DNA of 64,000 nt from an uncultured Nitrospinota bacterium (lineage in GTDB: Bacteria > Tectomicrobia > Entotheonellia > J063 > CAVPRW01): assembly GCA_963707985.1 (NCBI GenBank), contig CAVPRW010000012.1, positions 36,444-100,443 of the forward strand, written 5' to 3'. Below, in pieces: positions 54,447 to 64,000 of this stretch. The notes beneath the pieces were generated by a model that did not search any database, was not told where the DNA came from, and was given only the letters and a program-made list of their open reading frames with translations. The position numbers and the translations under genes were made by a program. Numbering within the stretch: position 1 is the stretch's first letter; every line of letters begins with the position of its first letter.

Positions 54447-57400
54447 CTAGGTTCCTCCTGCTCCAACCGGACGCTGGGCAAGACCAAGGCACAGCGCGAA
54501 AGCAAAAGCATTATCAAACCACTCTGGATCGAAATCACGCAATTGGCGGAGTTCTGGCAAGAGATCTTCGGAGGTATCCCAGGAGTGCAGGCTGATCTGA
54601 GCGGCAACGAATGGAGCACAGCGAATTGGGCGAAACGGTTGGGCCAGATGATCGTAACGAAATTGTGCAGGAAAATCTTGCCTCCTAGCGCATTCGATAA
54701 TGCGAGGTCCATCAGGATACCATTCGCCGGCGTCATGTCGTGCTTGAAGGGCCTGTTCCTCTCCCTGAATAAGATATCAGAAGCATCGACTCTTGATGGC
54801 GTGCCATCGCCAGCTCGCTGTTATCTACTGGTCGATCATGGAAAAGTCTCTCGCCGATCCAATCGCACACCGACTTGAAGAAGGGCTGACGACTCGTGAC
54901 TCGTTGTCGGAATTCCCTAAACATGCCCCAGAGCATGGTCCCATCAGGGTCGTAGTCGGCCAATCCCTCCCGCAGGGCGCCAAAATGACGTTCGGCAGCC
55001 GATAGCCATCCGGTTACTGGCATCAGATACCAAGAGAATGGCAACTGCTCAGCAAGCGACCAGACCAGGTCAAATTCATCGTCTGCGCTCTGGATCAAAG
55101 CCAGTATCATTGCCTCAGGGACGTTCACCAGATGGGGAAAGAGATCGAAGGCGCTGGCCGGATAGGTGCGGGTAAGCCGTAGGTAGGCGAACAACCGTGG
55201 CCAATCGGGGTGCTCCGCATTTGCAGCCAAGGCACTTACCAGAGCCTGCAATTTTGCCTGTCGCGTTTCTCGAACTGGTTCATGAATGGCCTGCATCAAC
55301 TCGCTGCCTTCGGTAAGAGTCTTCTCACCCTGCACCACCCAGAGCAAAGGACGGAAGCGCGCCCAGTCTCCGTCATATCCAAGTGCCCACCAGGGACCCG
55401 GTGTGAGTCCGTCAGGAATCTTCCAGGCGAGGTCAGCCTCGTCACGGTCTCAAGTTGATTGGCTCTGTCGCAGGATCCCACAGCGGCAATATCTTGACCG
55501 TGATGCGGTCTTCCCAACCAGCGCTGAGCCGCCCTCGTCCGGTTGGTGGCAGAACAATCCGGCATTGTACTCGGTCGGCCTCGAATGCCACATCAAATTG
55601 TGCGACCTCCAAGTGGGCCAGGGCATGCCCTTCCCAATCAAGGATTTCTAGGGTGACGACGGCGTCCAGATCACCAGTCATCGCAAGCATCGAGGCGAGT
55701 CGTTCCTGCAGGCGGTGTAATGCTATGTGCAGCGGTTCGTTGGGGGTCGCATGGGAGATCTTCCCGCAGCTCTTGTCTGCTGCTTGCTGAGGTGCGTGTG
55801 TTCACTCTCCCCTCAAGGCGAAACCGCCCACCTCCGGCAGGCGTGTGTACCACGGCCTGAATGGATGCCAAGCGGCCTAAAGCCACGCGTTCCCTTGCGG
55901 GTAACACCTGCCCGGCACGGACGAAAGCCGCACCTTGGCGGGGAAATGGCAATATCAACGTCAGCGAAGAACCATTGGGCCATCGAAGATCGGCGCTAAA
56001 CTGAGTGACCGTGAGTCCTGCTTGGGCAAAACACTCGAGCTCAACGCCACTATCAACGAGTCGCGACTTGAAATGGCAACCTGCGACCTCTGGTATAGTG
56101 ACCCGAACAGCCGGCAGCCCGGTGAGACGGATGATACCTGCCTCCTCCGCACTCGCTCCAATCCGAACCATCTCAATGCGGGCGGTTGCGGGCAAGACCT
56201 CGACCTGCCGCCGGAAGCGCAGGGTCCCACTCGAATCACGATATCGAAACCAGACCCTGCCAGTACATGTTGCTGCATCCGTACGCCACGCACTTTCGGG
56301 TGCATCCAATGGGCGCCACTCAAGCATGGCGCCATTGATTCGGCGGCGCATCTCATCTCGCCCAATGGCATAAAGACTCGGCATTCCAAGGAATGGTGGG
56401 CGAAGGTTGAGCACAGAAGACACCACAGGCCCGTCCACAAGAAAACTCTCTTCACTGGCGTCCTGGCTGGCGCAGCGCATCTGACAGGTGCCAAGTTCGG
56501 AGTGGTGCCACTCGACCGTCCCTGTTACCTGGTAAAGCGACCGTTGCAGATCTGGGCGCACTGCCGATAGATTCAAATGCCCCCTCGACTTTTACGCAAC
56601 GCCCCTCATCCAGAGCTAACACCCGCACCGATGCATCGCGGCTACGCACTGCCTCCTTCGCCACACCACTCCCATTGTGTATCGCGTTCGGCAAACACCC
56701 ACGGCAGTGGTCCGAGTTCCTGTCCACCCAGCGTCGGAAGTTCGACCTCTTCGTTCCCAGTAGAGAGCAACAAACGGGCACCTGCTGTGGCTGCGCTCCC
56801 TAGCAGCCGTACTCCACCCCGTCCTAATTCCTCGCACCGGTAGGTGGCTTGATCCCCCGTCCCCTGCAACCGCGTCAGAAGTGCTATGGCATCGATCCCC
56901 TCAGCGGTTTGCAGCAGCACACGTAGGCGAGCGGGGGGATCATACCAATGTGACCATGCTTGCAAGTTGGTGCCGGTAACGGTGGTTGGCAATTCCAGGC
57001 GCTGCGCGATACTCCAGTGTCCTCCCCGTTGGACAAGATAGCAACGCCAGCGCCAGCGCTGCCGTTCCGTTTGTGCAAGGTTCCGGGCTTGGCCTACCAG
57101 GTTTCTCAGCAGTGCCTCTACCGTGGCGTCTTCTACTGGCAACGGCAGGGCGGCCCTCCATCCTGGCTGAGTGCGGTCTAGTGATGCAATAGGATCAGCC
57201 GCATCGGCAACACGTGTTTGAAGTTGCACAATGGATTGGATCAAATCACCACTGAGATTGAAGACAACATCATGTCGCAAGGAGGTAGGGAGGTAGTGCA
57301 CCGCGACCTGGCGGGCTACGTCCGTGGCATTGCACCCAGGCGCGTGACGCTCACGATGGTAGGCGCTGAGCAGTTCACGGAAGTAGCGGTTCAGATGCGC

Positions 57401-57802
57401 GTTTTCCTTGCGCAGGAGCCGTAGAGGAAGCCCACCTTCACAGGCAAGGGTGAGTAGAAACTCCCGATCCCCATTGTGGCTTTTCAGCAGAGGGCGCCGC
57501 CACCACCTCAACCCTTGTAGTACCCATTCGTAAACACGCGGATAATCAGGTGTCGTATCCGCGATATCTGAAAAAATGGTTTCCCAAGCCCAAGGTCCCC
57601 CCTCATGTCGGCGGCGAAAGGTTTCTGCAGCATACAAGCAGAACTTTGCTGCGAAGTGAAATCGTCCGCGCCCGCTCAATTCTTCATGTATCTGTTCAAC
57701 AACCATTTCCTTGAGCTGTTCGTACTCTTCATCGCGGCACTTGTAGGCGTATAAAGCTCTACCATCGGGCTCCCTGTGCCATATCTCCGTAGTGGCCATC
57801 AT
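54447..57802 (-). CDS. druH: STY4851/ECs_5259-family (DruH-like) protein, ~1120 aa, frameshifted
   Basis: PDGRALYAY, FCLYAAE, W.W, GLRWW.RPL, LACEGGLP N-terminal motifs; stop 2 bp before the helicase ATG; start uncertain. Confidence 0.65.
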
Positions 57803-58567
57803 TGTTCTCCAGCGCATTTGGGGCGATTGTCGAAATCGCACCAAAATGCCGTTCTTGCGCCCAATTGGGTTGGACACAAGCCTTAACCGACAAGAATACA
57901 AGAGCAAGCCGTTCGCTTCAGGTGGGTGAGGCGGGCATCACCCGCCTGATGCAGCGCTCCAGTCACCAGCCCTGCGTCACAGGGGCATCGCGCACCTGCG
58001 ATGGGAAGCCTTCACTGGCGCTTTGAGTGCCGCCACATGGAACTCCCGCTTACGGTCCACCACACTAGTGCATTGTCACGTTGAATTCGTCTGATAATTT
58101 CCAGCGTCAATTTGCCTCAGACGCGAGCCGAACTGAGTCACATCAACAAGATAAAATGAACGTGACGTTGCACTAGACGGCAGATCGTTATTGATGGTAC
58201 TCCTACGCCGGGAACCCCCTCGGGTAGCCGTGCTGAGAGTATTGCAGGCACTGTGCCGACTGTTCCAGCCGCGCAATGAGTCTGGAGAGTCGGTGGGTGC
58301 CATATCGCGGGGGTAGACAAGGGCAGGCACCGGGTCCATCGAACCGATCACGAGCCGCGGCTCTGGTCGCATAATGTGCTCCTCCTCTCTTTCAGGCAGA
58401 GACAACAGCCGCTGCACTGGGCGCTGGTGAGTTGCGACGCCCCAGGCGGGCCTCAACTGGCCCGGATACTCCTGGTCAACCGCTGTGAGTGCAGTGTGCA
58501 CTGTAGATTAGTTCTATAAATACGTCAATTTTTATCGTTTATGATATTTACGTGGCTCCTATCAGGC

Positions 58568-58813
58568 AGTTGTGTCGCAAATTTTGGGCGATGATGTCGA
58601 GAGCGTTGCTCATCTGGGGATTACGCGGCTAGGGAGTAGAATTGTTAGCCGGCTCCTGGCTCTATTCGCCCCTCTCTCGGTTAGCCTTGCCGCAGCATGG
58701 GCATGAACTCCGTCCCCGCGAAAGTCTACTGGGTGGTATCGAACGCTGGGCCAGACTGAACGCTTGCGTGTGAGGATAATATGCTGCGCTATATGGGCAC
58801 CATTGAAGCGCAC
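58568..58813 (-). mobile_element. Internally deleted IS6-family remnant
   Basis: GTTGTGTCGCAAATTTT end matching 48104-48120 in inverted orientation; MRFNGAHIAQHIIL resembles the IS6 transposase N-terminus. Confidence 0.65.
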
Positions 58814-59218
58814 CGTTCTCCCTCTCGCCTCACCCTGGATTAGCTTTCCAGAAAAAGTCTGTTTCAGTACTCATTTTTAGTTATTTCTCGATATATTTAT
58901 CAATTATGCGCTTAATTTAGAGTTCTTGTGCAAAGCCCCCTGGGTTCCAGAGAGAGATCATACCCACATAAAGCACACACGAAGATTTGCGATACATCCG
59001 TCGCGGCTCCTCCGGGGCTGGACATGCGTCGGCGGATGGGGTAGGGTGGCGCTGCCAGGGGTGACATGGGGGGAACGGATTGAGGAAAGCTGGAGGGCGC
59101 ACGTTGCGTTGCGATAATATCGACAGCCGGCACAGGCCTGCAGAACGATCGTGGATCGACTAGGTGGACGACCAGCAGGCGCAAACACGCGTACGGATGA
59201 CCAATGAGGAGGAGAGCG

Positions 59219-60097
59219 GTGAAGCTGGCAACCTTTACACACGAGGGGTGGACGCGGATCGGTCTGGTGGACGGGAGCGAGATCGTGGATCTGGCTGCCG
59301 CCGTGCCTGATCTCCCGCAGGAGATGTGCGCTTTCCTGCGCGCTGGCCGGCCGGCGCTCGACGCCGCGCAGCATGCCCTGGCGAACCGCTCCGCTCGCCT
59401 GCAGCTGAGCGACGTATGGCTCGAGGCGCCGGTGCAGCGGCCTGGCAAGCTCATCACCATCGGCATCAACTATAAAGAGCACGCCGCGGAGGCCGGGAGA
59501 GAGACACCGCCACACCCGCCGCTGAATTTCCGCCTGGTGACCTGCATCAACGCCCCATACGGCGATATGTGGCTGCCGAGCAAGTCGGAGCAATTCGACT
59601 ACGAACTGGAGTTCTCTGCCGTCATCGGCCGACGCTGCCGAGGCATCACGCGGGAGCAGGTGCCGCAGGTGGTGGTGGGTTACACCATCTTCAACGACGG
59701 CTCGGTCCGTGATTACCAGCGCCAGATCAACAATAACCTGGGCAAGTCCTGGGATACCCATGGCCCGCTTGGTCCATGGATCGTCACCGCCGACGAGATC
59801 CCCGATCCCCACAACCTGGAGTTTCGAACGACCGTCAATGGCGAAGTGCGCCAGCACGACAACACCGGCAACATGATTCACGACTGGGAAAAGATGATCG
59901 AATACGCCTCCACCGCGTGGACGCTCGAGCCGGGCGATGTGGTCGCAACCGGTACGTGTAGTGGCGTGGCCTTAGGCATGAAGCCGCCGCGGTGGCTGAA
60001 GGTGGGTGACGTGGTGCGGATGGAGGTTGAGGGCATCGGCTACCTGGAGAACCGAGTGGTGCCAGAGCCGCCGGGGACGATGGGCTTCATTGGTTGA
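59219..60097 (+). CDS. Fumarylacetoacetate hydrolase family protein
   Basis: IGINYKEH, DYELE, FNDGSVRDYQ, GKSWDT, LEPGDVVATGT. Confidence 0.93.
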   Translation: MKLATFTHEGWTRIGLVDGSEIVDLAAAVPDLPQEMCAFLRAGRPALDAAQHALANRSARLQLSDVWLEAPVQRPGKLITIGINYKEHAAEAGRETPPHPPLNFRLVTCINAPYGDMWLPSKSEQFDYELEFSAVIGRRCRGITREQVPQVVVGYTIFNDGSVRDYQRQINNNLGKSWDTHGPLGPWIVTADEIPDPHNLEFRTTVNGEVRQHDNTGNMIHDWEKMIEYASTAWTLEPGDVVATGTCSGVALGMKPPRWLKVGDVVRMEVEGIGYLENRVVPEPPGTMGFIG

Positions 60098-60283
60098 AGC
60101 AGGGGCTCAGGCCCGGCAGGGAGGTCTATCGTCAGGTGTGCCGGCTTTCTGCTTGCCTTCTGCGTCCGAGTTTTCTATGCTTGCAGGCGAGAAATCGACG
60201 ATGCGTTGATCATTACTTCGGCGCGCATATCCAGAGCGACTCAGTCTGTCTTATCATTCGATCACACCGAACGGAGGGGAACT

Positions 60284-60829
60284 ATGGCAAGATTGACTCC
60301 CATCACCAGCAAGGACCAAGTGCCCACCAAGGACCACGCCATCGTGGATGCCATCGTCGGGAGTCGGGGGGCGCTTCAGGGGCCTTTCTCGATGTTTCTT
60401 CACTGTCCAGAGTTCGCGGGCCGCGCGGCGCATCTCGGGGCTTTCGTCCGCTTCGAGGGCTCACTCGATATGCGAGTCAAGGTGCTCGCCGCCATGACGG
60501 CCGCCCGCGAGTTCGAGGCGGAATATGTGTGGGGCGCGCAGACGGGCGGAGCCCGCCGACAGGGCGTGCCGGAGTCGACCATCACGGCCATCCGCGAGAA
60601 GCACACGCGCGGCATGCCACCAGAGGATGCCCAGATCGTGGCGTTCACGCAGCAGCTTCTCCAGAAGCATCGGGTCGACGACGCCACCTTCAAGGCCATG
60701 CAGGAGCGGTTCGGCAATGAGGGGCTGATTGAGCTCACGGGAGCGATCGGCTACTACAGCATGCTGGCCATGACCGTGAACGCCTGCCAGCTGGAAGCGG
60801 CGCCGGGCGCCGAGGTGCTGAAAGTGTAG
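60284..60829 (+). CDS. Carboxymuconolactone decarboxylase/AhpD-like protein
   Basis: GPFSMFLHCPE, AREFEAEYVW, ELTGAIGYY; GGAGG RBS. Confidence 0.82.
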   Translation: MARLTPITSKDQVPTKDHAIVDAIVGSRGALQGPFSMFLHCPEFAGRAAHLGAFVRFEGSLDMRVKVLAAMTAAREFEAEYVWGAQTGGARRQGVPESTITAIREKHTRGMPPEDAQIVAFTQQLLQKHRVDDATFKAMQERFGNEGLIELTGAIGYYSMLAMTVNACQLEAAPGAEVLKV

Positions 60830-60852
60830 AGTGGATCAACGTGTGAGGGAGG

Positions 60853-61914
60853 ATGAGAGCCATGTTGCAACGGTCGAATATCGTCTCTCCAGAAGAGGAA
60901 CTGCAGGACTTCTACGAAGAGCTCAGAGCCCAACACGTCACGCCGGCATGGATCTCCGGGGGCGTCAGTGTCGAGCCCAAGAGCAAGGCCGTGCCGTTCG
61001 TGTGGCACTGGCGCGACCTGCGGCCCCAAGCCATGCGGGCGGCTCAGCTCGTCGGCACCGAGCAGGCCGAACGGCGGGTGCTGCGGCTGCACAACCCCGA
61101 ACTGGAAGGATCGTCCGCGAGTAATACCCTGGTCGCCAACATCCAGATCGTCATGCCCGGTGAGATCGCCCGCGCCCATCGCCATTCTCCGTCCGCACTT
61201 CGCTTCATCATCGAGGGCAGCGGCGGCTATACGGTGGTGAACGGCGCCCGCATCCCCATGTTCCCAGGGGACCTCGTGTTGACCCCCAATTGGACCTGGC
61301 ATGACCATGCGAACGACACCGGTGCACCGATGATCTGGCTCGATGGCTTGGACACTCCGCTGGTGCGGATGCTGGAGGCTGGGTTCTATGAGCAGTATGG
61401 CGAGGAGGCCCAACCCGTCGGCGAGGGCTCCGACCCCTCCCTGGCAAAATACGGCGTCGGGGGACTGCGGCCGGCGTGGGAACCGGCGCCTACCGCACGG
61501 TACTCACCCCTGTGGCACTACCCGCTGTCGCAGGCGCGTGCCGCCCTGGAACGACTGGCGGCTGAGGGGGTCGGCAGCCCGTTCGACGGCGTCATCCTCG
61601 AATACACCAACCCGGTGACCGGCGGGCCCACCATGCCGACTATTGCGTGCTATATCCAGTTACTGCAGCCCGGAGAGCACACCAAGGCCCACCGCCAAGT
61701 CTGCTGCACGAATTACCATGTGATCGAGGGCTCCGGCTACTCGCTGGTGGGTGGCCGGCAGCTGGACTGGGAGGATAAGGACGTGTTTACGGTGCCGACG
61801 TGGACCTTCCACGAGCACGTCAACACCGGCGACCGCCCGGCCTTGCTGTTCAGCTTCAGCGACGCGCCGGTGATGAAGGCGCTTGATCTCTACCGCGAGG
61901 AGGCACAGGGGTAA
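60853..61914 (+). CDS. Gentisate 1,2-dioxygenase-like bicupin
   Basis: AERRVLRLHNP, PGEIARAHRH, WHDH, WLDGLD, PTMPTI, HEH. Confidence 0.92.
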   Translation: MRAMLQRSNIVSPEEELQDFYEELRAQHVTPAWISGGVSVEPKSKAVPFVWHWRDLRPQAMRAAQLVGTEQAERRVLRLHNPELEGSSASNTLVANIQIVMPGEIARAHRHSPSALRFIIEGSGGYTVVNGARIPMFPGDLVLTPNWTWHDHANDTGAPMIWLDGLDTPLVRMLEAGFYEQYGEEAQPVGEGSDPSLAKYGVGGLRPAWEPAPTARYSPLWHYPLSQARAALERLAAEGVGSPFDGVILEYTNPVTGGPTMPTIACYIQLLQPGEHTKAHRQVCCTNYHVIEGSGYSLVGGRQLDWEDKDVFTVPTWTFHEHVNTGDRPALLFSFSDAPVMKALDLYREEAQG

Positions 61915-61963
61915 CAGGCGCCGCGTGTTCCTTGGGAAGTGGAATCACTCCAGGCAGGAAAAA

Positions 61964-62019
61964 CCTTCCAGGCACATCACGCCGATCAGCCTACTGACCT
62001 GCGTGATGTGCCTGGAAGG
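61964..62019. repeat. Long intergenic hairpin (19-bp perfect stem)
   Basis: CCTTCCAGGCACATCACGC...GCGTGATGTGCCTGGAAGG. Confidence 0.8.
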
Positions 62020-62074
62020 AGCGACACGTGCGGTGATTGTTTGGCTCAGCGGATCCCCACGCCTGCTCCTTACA

Positions 62075-62104
62075 TTGACACGCCTGCCCTCTACCATTTA
62101 GAAT
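62075..62104 (+). promoter_or_regulatory. Sigma70-like promoter candidate
   Basis: TTGACA-N18-TAGAAT upstream of the ATP-grasp gene. Confidence 0.5.
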
Positions 62105-62265
62105 AAATCACACTTCAACCTAGCTGTTGGATTAGGATGCTATCAATTTTAATCAGAGTCCAGACGGCATGTGCCACAGCCGTCTCTTTCCTCTTCACCA
62201 ACCACGACAGGACCTGACGCCGCCAGAAGGCTGAGGGCACGTCCGTGCACGCGGGGGATGGTATC

Positions 62266-63711
62266 ATGCAGACGGATAGCGCGGTCGAGCCAGTCCTGCG
62301 CATGCCCTATCACGAATTTTATCTGGACGATTTCGAGCCCCGGCCACATTACCGTCCGTTGTGGGAACACGTCCGGCGTATGGGGCAGCATGCTCTGGCG
62401 ACGAAGGCACAGGAGCTGCAGCTGGCGATGCGCACGGAGGGCATCACCTTCGCTGTCTACAGCGAGACCGAGCAGGGGATCGAACGCGTCTGGCCCTTTG
62501 ACCTCATCCCACGCATCATTCCTACCGCCGAGTGGGCCATCCTGGAATCCGGCTTGAAGCAGCGGGTACGGGCGTTGAATCTGTTTCTGAAAGACATCTA
62601 TCATGAGCAGCGCATTTTGAAGGATGGCGTCATCTCCGCCCAATTGATCTATCAGGGCAAGCATTTCCGCCACGAAATCGTCAATATCGATCCACCACAC
62701 GACATCTACCCCCACATCGGTGGCATCGACATCATCCGCAATGACGACGGACGGTATCTCATTCTGGAAGACAACCTGCGCACCCCGTCTGGGGTGTCGT
62801 ATATGATCGCCAACCGCGTCCTGCAGCGCCGCATTCTGCCAGAATTTTTCACCAAGTATCGCGTGCGCCGCGTCGAACACTACCCCTCGCTGTTGCTGCA
62901 GGCCCTACGGCACGTGTCGCCACGCGGCAAGGATCAGGCCGAGATCGTCGTCCTGACGCCGGGGATTTATAACTCCGCCTATTTCGAGCATACGTTCCTG
63001 GCCAAGGAAATGGGCGTCGAGCTGGTCGAAGGCCGTGATCTGGTGGTCAAGAACAATGTGGTCTACATGAAGACCACCGCCGGGTTGCAGCGCGTGGACG
63101 TGATCTATCGCCGCGTCGATGACGAGTTCCTCGATCCGCTCTGTTTCCACTCTGATTCATTGCTCGGTGCGGCCGGCATCATCAACGCCTGGCGGGCGGG
63201 TAACGTCGCCCTCGTGAATGCTCCTGGTAGCGGGATCGCCGATGACAAAGCAGTCTACCCCTTTGTACCGGATATGATTCGCTACTATCTCGGCGAGCAA
63301 CCCATCCTGGACAATGTGCCGACCTACCTGATGACCAAGCCTGAGGACCGCGCCTACGTGCTGGCCCATCTGGAGCAAATGGTCGTGAAGGCCGTCAATG
63401 AGTCCGGGGGCTACGGCATGTTGATGGGTCCGGCCTCGACACCAGCTCTGCGTGCTGAGTTCGCCAAGCGTATCGAGGAAAACCCACGCAACTACATCGC
63501 TCAGCCGGTCATTCCCCTGTCGCGGCATGCCTGCTACCTCGATGGCGAGCTGGAATCGCGTCATATCGACCTACGTCCGTATGTGATCTATGGCGAGGAT
63601 ATCGACGTGGTGCCGGGGGGACTGACACGGGTGGCATTGACCAAGGGCTCACTGGTGGTCAATTCCTCCCAGGGTGGGGGAAGTAAGGATACCTGGGTGC
63701 TAGCCGAATAA
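62266..63711 (+). CDS. Circularly permuted type 2 ATP-grasp protein
   Basis: PFDLIPRII, LEDNLRTPSGVSY, SAYFEH, VIYRRVDD, VNSSQGGGSKDTWV. Confidence 0.93.
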   Translation: MQTDSAVEPVLRMPYHEFYLDDFEPRPHYRPLWEHVRRMGQHALATKAQELQLAMRTEGITFAVYSETEQGIERVWPFDLIPRIIPTAEWAILESGLKQRVRALNLFLKDIYHEQRILKDGVISAQLIYQGKHFRHEIVNIDPPHDIYPHIGGIDIIRNDDGRYLILEDNLRTPSGVSYMIANRVLQRRILPEFFTKYRVRRVEHYPSLLLQALRHVSPRGKDQAEIVVLTPGIYNSAYFEHTFLAKEMGVELVEGRDLVVKNNVVYMKTTAGLQRVDVIYRRVDDEFLDPLCFHSDSLLGAAGIINAWRAGNVALVNAPGSGIADDKAVYPFVPDMIRYYLGEQPILDNVPTYLMTKPEDRAYVLAHLEQMVVKAVNESGGYGMLMGPASTPALRAEFAKRIEENPRNYIAQPVIPLSRHACYLDGELESRHIDLRPYVIYGEDIDVVPGGLTRVALTKGSLVVNSSQGGGSKDTWVLAE

Positions 63712-63758
63712 CATTAGCTTCTCTCCCCATGGAAGAGGGGTAGGGTGAGGGGTTGTTC

Positions 63759-64000
63759 ATGCTGAGCCGGATCGCCGAATCGCTGTGCTGGATGTCACGC
63801 TATCTGGAACGGGCCGACAACACGGCGCGTCTGATGGAGATCAATCTGCTGTATCTGGTCGAAGCCGAGGAGCATCTCTCAGAAGCCGTGATGTGGCGGC
63901 CCTTGCTCAGTATCAGCGGCAGCGAAGCGGCGTTTGCGCAATATTACAATGCCACTGAGATCACCGCACAAGACGTCATCCAGTTCATGACCAAGGGCCC
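63759..64000 (+). CDS. Alpha-E domain protein (partial, runs off the window)
   Basis: MLSRIAESLCWMSRYLERADNTARL, the typical partner of CP-ATP-grasp proteins. Confidence 0.88.
   Translation, partial: MLSRIAESLCWMSRYLERADNTARLMEINLLYLVEAEEHLSEAVMWRPLLSISGSEAAFAQYYNATEITAQDVIQFMTKG

Noticed and set aside
57900..58560. Possible ncRNA, intron 5' end, or 141-aa ORF upstream of druH
   Set aside because: Only short hairpins and a GTGCG; no recognisable domain or structure
58958..59881. 307-aa minus-strand ORF and similar long antisense ORFs
   Set aside because: Shadow ORFs of well-supported opposite-strand genes in GC-rich DNA
1..64000. CRISPR array, tRNA or rRNA genes
   Set aside because: No regularly spaced direct repeats with unique spacers, cloverleaf or rRNA-like sequence recognised by eye

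Overview
GC-rich bacterial window. The gene mix (luciferase-like monooxygenases, amidohydrolases, cupin dioxygenases, FAH, SDR) is reminiscent of Ca. Tectomicrobia/Entotheonella-like genomes, which is an inference only. Catabolic genes alternate with a heavily nested mobile and defence layer: (i) 3.0-10.4 kb, a MITE, TGT...ACA transposon-like ends around a membrane-protein gene broken by IS1634, and a broken OLD-family nuclease; (ii) 10.5-18.9 kb, a Tn3-family transposon (tnpA, res, tnpR, SAM-methyltransferase cargo) whose left 38-bp terminal repeat is split by a three-recombinase RIT element; (iii) 19-26 kb, an IS1-like element, a large serine recombinase element, group II intron 3' remnants and a decayed integron-type attC/toxin-antitoxin cassette cluster with a sulfotransferase; (iv) a NACHT-HEAT pseudogene; (v) a Type II R-M pair with an IS-split methyltransferase but an open endonuclease; (vi) a ~9.7-kb Druantia type III-like pair (DruH/STY4851-like plus a DUF1998 helicase) between two inverted IS6 remnants. 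Many long genes show 1-bp frameshifts that may be long-read errors. No rRNA, tRNA or CRISPR array was recognised. All family calls come from motif recognition by eye, not database searches.
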